A stretch of DNA of 11,290 nt from Candidatus Margulisiibacteriota bacterium. GTDB lineage: Bacteria > Margulisbacteria > WOR-1 > O2-12-FULL-45-9. Below are positions 1 to 5,552 of this stretch, in pieces. Both the position numbers and the translations under genes were made by a program. The stretch's first letter is position 1. Each line of letters begins with the position of its first letter. The notes below the pieces were generated by a model. That model did no database searches, was not told the origin of the DNA, and worked only from the letters and a program-made list of their open reading frames with translations. The DNA is taken from assembly GCA_043816785.1 (NCBI GenBank), contig JBDRHP010000067.1, positions 1 to 11,290 on the forward strand, given 5' to 3'.

Positions 1-737
1 CCTGAGCCGACAAAAACCGCCTTATAATCCGTTAACAACTCCTTGATCGTGTAGACATTGCCGATCAGCATATCGGTCTGGATATCAACACCCAAACTTT
101 TGACATATTCAACTTCCAGGTTAACAATTGCCTTGGGCAGCCGGAATTCAGGGATCCCGTAAGTTAAGACTCCAGCCGTGACATGCAATGATTCAAAAAT
201 CGTCACCTGATATCCGAGCCTAGCCAGGTCCCCTGCACAGGTCAACCCCGCTGGTCCGCTTCCAACTACAGCTACCCTTTTACCTTTGCCTTTCGCCTCC
301 TTCGCCTTTGCCTGCGCCTTCGCCTCTGCCTTCACATTTTCCCTCTCCCAATCCGCCACAAACCTCTCCAGGTTACCTATGGCAATAGGTTCTCCCTTAA
401 TGCCTAAAATACAAACCTTTTCACACTGGTCTTCTTGGGGACATACCCGGCCGCAGATCGCTGGCAAAGCATTGGTTTCTTTGATCTTTGCAGCTGCGGA
501 AGCAAAATCACCCTCAGCCACAAATTTAATAAATGCCGGAATATCGATCTCTACTGGACAACCAGCCACGCATTTTGGTTTCTTGCAAAAAAGGCAGCGC
601 TTGGCTTCTTCCATGGCCTGTTCCGCAGTGTAGCCCATTGGCACTTCAGCAAAATCACGGATGCGCTCCGCAACGGTTCTTTCTTTCATGCCTTGCCTGC
701 CGGCAGGCAGGTGTAATCTTGGTTTTCTCTCAGCCAT
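1..737 (-). CDS. nfnB: NfnB/SudA-like flavoprotein (NADH-dependent ferredoxin:NADP+ oxidoreductase large subunit; often annotated NADPH glutamate synthase small subunit/homotetrameric). 3'-truncated by the window edge
   Basis: Not in the ORF track. Manual translation from ATG 737: MAERKPRLHLPAGRQGMKERTVAERIRDFAEV...EAKRCLFCKKPKCVAGCPVEIDIP...CGRVCPQEDQCEKVC...RVAVVGSGPAGL...GVLTYGIPEFRLPK. This has the two 4Fe-4S Cys clusters and FAD-binding motif of the GltD/SudA/NfnB family. It lies directly downstream of nfnA. ATG 689 is an alternative start. Confidence 0.9.
   Translation of the reverse strand, partial: MAERKPRLHLPAGRQGMKERTVAERIRDFAEVPMGYTAEQAMEEAKRCLFCKKPKCVAGCPVEIDIPAFIKFVAEGDFASAAAKIKETNALPAICGRVCPQEDQCEKVCILGIKGEPIAIGNLERFVADWERENVKAEAKAQAKAKEAKGKGKRVAVVGSGPAGLTCAGDLARLGYQVTIFESLHVTAGVLTYGIPEFRLPKAIVNLEVEYVKSLGVDIQTDMLIGNVYTIKELLTDYKAVFVGS
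283..332. repeat. Degenerate hexamer tandem repeat (YGCCTN) inside nfnB, encoding KAEAKAQAKAKEAKGKG
   Basis: CGCCTT TGCCTG CGCCTT CGCCTC TGCCTT at 303-332, with further units at 287-292 and 294-299. Confidence 0.65.
691..711. repeat. Short palindromic element, copy 1 (21-bp variant CCTTGCCTGCCGGCAGGCAGG), in frame inside nfnB
   Basis: Perfect 16-bp core palindrome TGCCTGCCGGCAGGCA at 694-709. Identical to the copy at 11185-11204 except for one extra T. Confidence 0.85.
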
Positions 738-745
738 TTGTTAAT

Positions 746-794
746 GGAGCCTGAGACTAAACGTCTCGGCTCCTTAGTTCCTTCCTAAAGGAAC
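746..794. other. Two adjacent stem-loops in the nfnA-nfnB spacer
   Basis: GGAGCC(T)GAGAC-TAAAC-GTCTCGGCTCC (746-773) and GTTCCTT-CCTA-AAGGAAC (777-794). No U-tract follows on the coding (minus) strand. Confidence 0.65.
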
Positions 795-802
795 CGCGAA
801 GT

Positions 803-1645
803 TCATTCGCAGGTTCCTTGTAACAATTTGCAAACATGGTCCATAGCCTGTTTTTCAACATCCTTATAAGGTTTTAAACGGTCTGATAAATCCTTAAAAT
901 CAACTTCATGGCCGTCAAATTCCGGGCCTTCCACACAAGCAAACTTGGTCTTGCCGCCAACAGTTACCCGACAAACCCCGCACATGCCGGTGGCATCTAA
1001 CATGATCGGGTTGAGCGAAACAACTGTTTTAATTTTGTGTTCCCTGGTAACATCACAGCAAACCTTCATCATGGGAACAGGGCCAACTGCGATCACCAAA
1101 TTTATCTTTTCACCTGAAGCAATTATGTCTTTTAACTCATCAGAAACAAAACCTTTTCTGCCGCAACTCCCATCATCAGTTGTAATCCTGAGTTCTGTGC
1201 TCTGTACTCCAAGTTCTTCCCGGTAAATCAGCAGATCTTCACACCGCGCTCCGATAATTGTAATGACTTTGTTCCCAGCTATTTTCAAAGCCTTAACCGC
1301 CGGATAGATCTCCGCAATCCCCACCCCGCCGCCAATAACCACCACTGTGCCAAATTTTTCAATATGTGAAGGAACGCCTAAAGGCCCTAAAAGATGGGCA
1401 ATAGTATCCCCTTCTTTTAAGGAATCAAGAACTTTGGTCGTAGCACCAACAATCTGAAAGATTATTGAAATGGTTCCGTTCTTGGTATCAGCATCGGCAA
1501 TGGTTAAGGGGATCCGCTCCGCATTCTCAGCCGGGATAACGACCACAAAATTACCCGGTTTGGCTGCCCGTGCGATATGCGGGGCATCCACAATGATGCG
1601 GGAAATATTATCAGCTAGTTTTTCTTTTTTGATGATTCTAGACAT
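803..1645 (-). CDS. nfnA: NfnA/SudB (sulfide/dihydroorotate dehydrogenase-like FAD/NAD-binding subunit with 2Fe-2S cluster)
   Basis: 280 aa with ERIPLTIAD, GPLG, GGGVG and TDDGS motifs. The C-terminal MLDATGMCGVCRV...ACVEGP has Asp in place of the first Cys ligand, as in NfnA rather than PyrK. Paired with the nfnB-like gene. Confidence 0.9.
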   Translation of the reverse strand: MSRIIKKEKLADNISRIIVDAPHIARAAKPGNFVVVIPAENAERIPLTIADADTKNGTISIIFQIVGATTKVLDSLKEGDTIAHLLGPLGVPSHIEKFGTVVVIGGGVGIAEIYPAVKALKIAGNKVITIIGARCEDLLIYREELGVQSTELRITTDDGSCGRKGFVSDELKDIIASGEKINLVIAVGPVPMMKVCCDVTREHKIKTVVSLNPIMLDATGMCGVCRVTVGGKTKFACVEGPEFDGHEVDFKDLSDRLKPYKDVEKQAMDHVCKLLQGTCE

Positions 1646-3824
1646 AGCGGGTTAATCCTTTACTCCATTCATCATATAATTTATTCAGCGGCAGATCAAT
1701 GAGGCTATTAATTACTAAATTCTTCCCCCCAACCTCTCCCATCTTAAAACACTCCACCCCGTTTTCAACCGCCAATTCTTCAATGCGCGAAATATTGTTT
1801 TTATTGCAGCTAACAATGGCTCTGGATTGGGACTCGCCAAAAAGCTCGGCATCCGGCCGGATTTGCGGCTCGATAGTGATCGTAGCGCCAATTATTTTAT
1901 TTTTATTAGAAATACAACATTCCGCCAGAGCAACAGCCAACCCACCCTCTGAACAATCATGCGCTGAGTTGATTAGGCTTTGTTGAATCGCATCGTAAAC
2001 CGTTCTTTGCAGGGCTTTTTCTTTTTCAAGGTCCAGTTCAGGAGCATCACCAGCAACTTTGCCATAGACAACTTTTAAATATTCGCTTCCACCCAGCTCT
2101 TCTTTGGTTTCGCCAAGCAGAAGTACGATGTCACCTTCATTCTTAAAATATTGGGTGCAGCGTTTTTCTATATCCGGCAGGATACCAATCATGCCAATGG
2201 TTGGCGTTGGATTAATTGCGCCTTTAGGGCTTTCATTATAAAAAGAGACATTTCCTGAAACAACCGGGATATCAAAGGACTTACACGCATCAGCAATCCC
2301 TTCAACGCAATTTTTAAAATACCAAAACCGGTCCGGTTTTTCCGGATTGCCAAAGTTTAAACAATCAGTCACTGCCGCAGGATCAGCGCCGGAACAGACT
2401 AAATTACGAGCAGCCTCTGCCACAGCTATTTGCGCGCCGCGATAAGGATTGAGAAAACAATAACGGCTGTTGCAGTCTGTGGTAGCAGCCAGGCCTTTGG
2501 GCGTGCCTTTTAATCGTAGAACTGATGCGTCTGACCCAGGCAACACAGTTGTGTTCGTCTGGACCATATGATCATACTGCGTATAAACCCATTCTTTACT
2601 CGCAATAGTTGGCGAGGCCAGCAATTTTAAAAGAACATCATTATAATCTTTTGGTTCTGGAATAGAATTAAGGTCAAGTTTGTTTATTTGATCTAAAACA
2701 GCGGGCTTTTCGAATTTCATGTCATAAATAGGTGCTTTAGCCAAAGCTTCGGTTTGAATTGTTGCCACAACTTTACCCTGGTGCTTAACTGTCAGTTTCT
2801 TATCGTCCTTAACGTAGCCAATCACCACACCGTGAAGATCCCACTTGGTAAAGATCTTCTCAATCTCTTTTTCTTTGCCTTTCTTAACGCAAACTAACAT
2901 CCTTTCTTGCGACTCGGACATCATGATCTCAAACGGTTCCATGCCCTCTTCGCGCAAAGGAACCTTATCCAGGTCAATCTCCATGCCTGAGCCACCCGCG
3001 TGGGCCATCTCTGCCGAGGAACAGGTTAGACCAGCCGCGCCCATATCCTTGATCCCCACAACATGGCCGGTAGCTAAAGTTTCCAAAGTCGCTTCGATCA
3101 AGCATTTCTCAGTAAAGGGATCGCCGATCTGAACCGTAGGCCGTTTTTCTTCGCCTTCGCCAAACTCATGCGAGGCTAGAACTGACGCACCGCCAATGCC
3201 ATCACGGCCAGTACTGGAACCAACATACATAATTGGATTGCCCACACCAGAAGCCCTGGCCCTAGCCAGCTCTTCTTTTTTGCACACACCAATGCTCATG
3301 GCATTAACTAAGCAGTTGCCACTGTAGGACTCATCAAAATAGATCTCCCCGCCAACAGTGGGCACGCCTAAACAATTGCCATAGAATTGAATTCCATCAA
3401 CCACACCTTTAAGCAGGTATTTATTGTAAGGCTCGCTCAGCGGACCAAAGCGCAATGAATCTAAAGAAGCAATTGGTCGAGCTCCAGCCGTAAAGATATC
3501 GCGGATGATCCCGCCTACCCCGGTGGCTGCGCCTTGTTTTGGCTCAACCTGCGAGGGATGGTTGTGGCTTTCCATTTTAAAAATAATGGCCAGGTCATCA
3601 ACCACAATGCCGCCGGAATCTTCGCCAACCAAAGCCTCGTACTTGCCGGTTTGGGGAAATATGCTTAACCATTTTCGCGACCGCGGATAACCGCAGTGCT
3701 CTGACCACTCCACCGAAAACATAGCCAGTTCAGTCGGACTTGGCTCACGCCCCATGATCTTTTCGATCTTTTTGAATTCCGCGTCAGTTAAGCCGAGGGC
3801 TTTATATTCTTCAGGCTTTATCAT
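1638..3824 (-). CDS. purL: Phosphoribosylformylglycinamidine synthase subunit PurL (small type)
   Basis: 728 aa with WSEHC, KMESHNHPS, GAATGVGGIIRD, DMGAAGL, SESQERM, LNFGNP, SGNVSFYN and HDCSEGG motifs. purQ and purS are upstream. Confidence 0.98.
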   Translation of the reverse strand: MIKPEEYKALGLTDAEFKKIEKIMGREPSPTELAMFSVEWSEHCGYPRSRKWLSIFPQTGKYEALVGEDSGGIVVDDLAIIFKMESHNHPSQVEPKQGAATGVGGIIRDIFTAGARPIASLDSLRFGPLSEPYNKYLLKGVVDGIQFYGNCLGVPTVGGEIYFDESYSGNCLVNAMSIGVCKKEELARARASGVGNPIMYVGSSTGRDGIGGASVLASHEFGEGEEKRPTVQIGDPFTEKCLIEATLETLATGHVVGIKDMGAAGLTCSSAEMAHAGGSGMEIDLDKVPLREEGMEPFEIMMSESQERMLVCVKKGKEKEIEKIFTKWDLHGVVIGYVKDDKKLTVKHQGKVVATIQTEALAKAPIYDMKFEKPAVLDQINKLDLNSIPEPKDYNDVLLKLLASPTIASKEWVYTQYDHMVQTNTTVLPGSDASVLRLKGTPKGLAATTDCNSRYCFLNPYRGAQIAVAEAARNLVCSGADPAAVTDCLNFGNPEKPDRFWYFKNCVEGIADACKSFDIPVVSGNVSFYNESPKGAINPTPTIGMIGILPDIEKRCTQYFKNEGDIVLLLGETKEELGGSEYLKVVYGKVAGDAPELDLEKEKALQRTVYDAIQQSLINSAHDCSEGGLAVALAECCISNKNKIIGATITIEPQIRPDAELFGESQSRAIVSCNKNNISRIEELAVENGVECFKMGEVGGKNLVINSLIDLPLNKLYDEWSKGLTRYV

Positions 3825-3884
3825 CTTTTCATTTTTCCTGCAATTTTTCCGCTCATTGATACGATATATTAATGCGACCGGCTA

Positions 3885-3913
3885 TTGACAATCAAATAGC
3901 CATGGTCTAAAAT
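3885..3913 (+). promoter_or_regulatory. Near-consensus sigma70 promoter pointing towards the 3' end of the NYN gene (antisense to the operon)
   Basis: TTGACA (3885-3890), 17 bp, TAAAAT (3908-3913): 11 of 12 consensus positions at optimal spacing. Confidence 0.75.
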
Positions 3914-3919
3914 ACACTC

Positions 3920-3981
3920 ACTATCACGATGGCAGACTACGTTAAGGGTTCGTCCCTGACAGATGTCTGCTTTCATTTTTT
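3920..3981 (+). ncRNA. Candidate ~60-nt small RNA (single long hairpin followed by a U-tract)
   Basis: Starts ~6-7 nt after the -10. Outer stem GCAGAC(3932-37)/GTCTGC(3965-70), inner stem GTTA(A)GGG(3941-48)/CCCTGAC(3954-60), loop TTCGT, then TTTCATTTTTT (3971-81). Transcription is inferred, not shown. Confidence 0.5.
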
Positions 3982-4494
3982 CAACCTGTTTTCCCATAAA
4001 TTCACAAAGGCAAAATATTTCGCAAATTTTCGCAATAAAGATGAATACCTTCTTTTGTTTGGAATAAGTAGTTTATAAAACTTATTTTTCGAGATTAAAT
4101 GTTCTATAAGACAATGAAAATCACCATCCCCTGAAATTATTATTGCCTTATCATAATTCTCTAATTCAATCATCGCTTGAAGCACAAGTTCAGCATCAAC
4201 ATTCCCTTTAACCACGCTCCCATCCTTAGATATTAATATTGGCTTAAATATAAGAATATATCCTACTTTCTGCAAATAAGTGTAAAGATTCTCATTCCCT
4301 GCTTTATAACCAATGAAGAGAAATGCCTTTTCAACTCGATATTTATTCTTCAAAAGGTAATAGAATTCACCGAAATCCAAGTCCCAACCTTTATGCAAAA
4401 GATTCCCATTTTTATCATGAATATCGTTTTTAATCGCCAGATTTAAATTTTGGCTGTCAATAAACGCATAAATGATCTCATTTTTTTTGTGCAT
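3973..4494 (-). CDS. NYN-domain (LabA/DUF88-like, PIN-like fold) putative ribonuclease
   Basis: 173 aa with the acidic motifs AFIDSQNL, KGNVDAEL and ISGDGDF. An SD-like AAGGA lies just upstream of the ATG. About 31% GC by hand count over 4021-4440. Confidence 0.9.
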   Translation of the reverse strand: MHKKNEIIYAFIDSQNLNLAIKNDIHDKNGNLLHKGWDLDFGEFYYLLKNKYRVEKAFLFIGYKAGNENLYTYLQKVGYILIFKPILISKDGSVVKGNVDAELVLQAMIELENYDKAIIISGDGDFHCLIEHLISKNKFYKLLIPNKRRYSSLLRKFAKYFAFVNLWENRLKK

Positions 4495-4533
4495 TGCTTA
4501 TTCCTTCTTAATATAAGCCTTGTATCCAATCCC

Positions 4534-4548
4534 GTCGCCGCAGGCGAC
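4534..4548. repeat. GC-rich mini-hairpin GTCGCC-GCA-GGCGAC
   Basis: Perfect 6-bp stem with a 3-nt loop in an otherwise AT-rich spacer. Confidence 0.6.
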
Positions 4549-4552
4549 ACCT

Positions 4553-4587
4553 TCATTTGTCATTTGTAATTGGTCATTTGTCATTTC
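4553..4587. repeat. Heptamer tandem repeat (TCATTTG)x5, STRR2-like
   Basis: TCATTTG TCATTTG TAATTGG TCATTTG TCATTTC. The last unit contains the purQ stop codon. Confidence 0.85.
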
Positions 4588-5255
4588 GAGCGCTCCTGTA
4601 ACCAACTCACAATTGAACTAAAAACACCCAACCCATCATCAGAGCCTAAAGCCTTTTCCGATGAACGCTCGGGATGCGGCATCATACCCAATATATTTCG
4701 CCCCTTATTCACAATTCCTGCAATATCATCTACTGCACCATTCGGATTATCAACGTAACGGAATATGATCTGATTGTTTTTCTTTAATTCAGCCAACCCT
4801 TTGTCATCAATATAATAATTCCCTTCGTTATGAGCAATAGGTATGCGGACAATCTGACCTTTTTTGTATTGAGAAGAAAAAGGAGTGTCCGTTGATTCAA
4901 CTTTTAACTCAACGAATTTGCAGATAAAGTGCAGGTCCTTGTTCCTGAGCATGGCGCCTGGCAGCAAACCAGCTTCAAGCAAAACCTGGAACCCGTTGCA
5001 AATACCAATTACCAAACCGCCGTTATTAGCGAATTTGATAACTGAATCCATAATTGGAGAAAACCTGGCAATGGCCCCGCATCTTAGATAATCGCCATAA
5101 CTAAAGCCGCCGGGGATAATCAAGCAGTCAAAGTGGTCAAGTTTTGTGTTTTTATGCCAAACATACTCAACTGGCTGTTTAAGAACATTCTTGACTACGT
5201 GGAAGCAGTCATGATCGCAGTTCGACCCGGGGAAAACAACGACACCAAACTTCAT
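4581..5255 (-). CDS. purQ: Phosphoribosylformylglycinamidine synthase glutaminase subunit PurQ
   Basis: 224 aa with [18 protein letters not shown], the catalytic GICNGFQ and GMMPHPER. Confidence 0.98.
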   Translation of the reverse strand: MKFGVVVFPGSNCDHDCFHVVKNVLKQPVEYVWHKNTKLDHFDCLIIPGGFSYGDYLRCGAIARFSPIMDSVIKFANNGGLVIGICNGFQVLLEAGLLPGAMLRNKDLHFICKFVELKVESTDTPFSSQYKKGQIVRIPIAHNEGNYYIDDKGLAELKKNNQIIFRYVDNPNGAVDDIAGIVNKGRNILGMMPHPERSSEKALGSDDGLGVFSSIVSWLQERSK

Positions 5256-5503
5256 TAGATCTCTTTTACCTCGAAGGAATAATCCTCAATAATTGGATTA
5301 GCAAGGAGTTTTTCGCAGGCTCCTTTGGCCTCCGCCTCCGCCTTTGCCTTTTCCTTGGCCTCAAGCTTAAGGGTAATATACTTCCCCATTCTTACGCCAG
5401 AAATCCCGCTAAAGCCCAGGGCTTCTAAGGCATGTTTAACCGTCAATCCCTGGGGATCTGCCACAGTTTTCTTGAGGGTAATTTTAACCTGTGCTTCGTA
5501 CAT
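5255..5503 (-). CDS. purS: Phosphoribosylformylglycinamidine synthase subunit PurS
   Basis: 82 aa with DPQG, VRMGKY and [13 protein letters not shown]. Its stop overlaps the purQ start by 1 nt. Confidence 0.97.
   Translation of the reverse strand: MYEAQVKITLKKTVADPQGLTVKHALEALGFSGISGVRMGKYITLKLEAKEKAKAEAEAKGACEKLLANPIIEDYSFEVKEI
5327..5362. repeat. Degenerate hexamer tandem repeat (NGCCTY) inside purS, encoding [12 protein letters not shown]
   Basis: GGCCTC CGCCTC CGCCTT TGCCTT TTCCTT GGCCTC. Confidence 0.6.
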
Positions 5504-5512
5504 TACAGCTTA

Positions 5513-5541
5513 ATACTAGCAAAAAATAGAAGAAAATTCAA
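5513..5541 (-). promoter_or_regulatory. Putative sigma70 promoter of the purSQL operon
   Basis: Minus strand TTGAAT (5541-5536), 17 bp ending in TGC (extended -10), TAGTAT (5518-5513). It ends 9 nt before the purS ATG. Confidence 0.6.
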
Positions 5542-5552
5542 CGCCGCCTGGA

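Noticed and set aside
286..754. Plus-strand ORFs 286-633, 435-716 and 533-754
   Set aside because: They are antisense shadows of nfnB, which the ORF track missed because it runs off the window.
803..1645. Alternative call as PyrK (dihydroorotate dehydrogenase electron transfer subunit)
   Set aside because: The Fe-S motif has the NfnA-type Asp (DATGMCGVC) and the partner gene is GltD/NfnB-like, not pyrD.
3825..3972. Purine/ZTP riboswitch or hammerhead ribozyme upstream of purL
   Set aside because: I could not find the conserved cores (three-stem purine aptamer, or CUGANGA plus GAAA). An Rfam scan would settle it.
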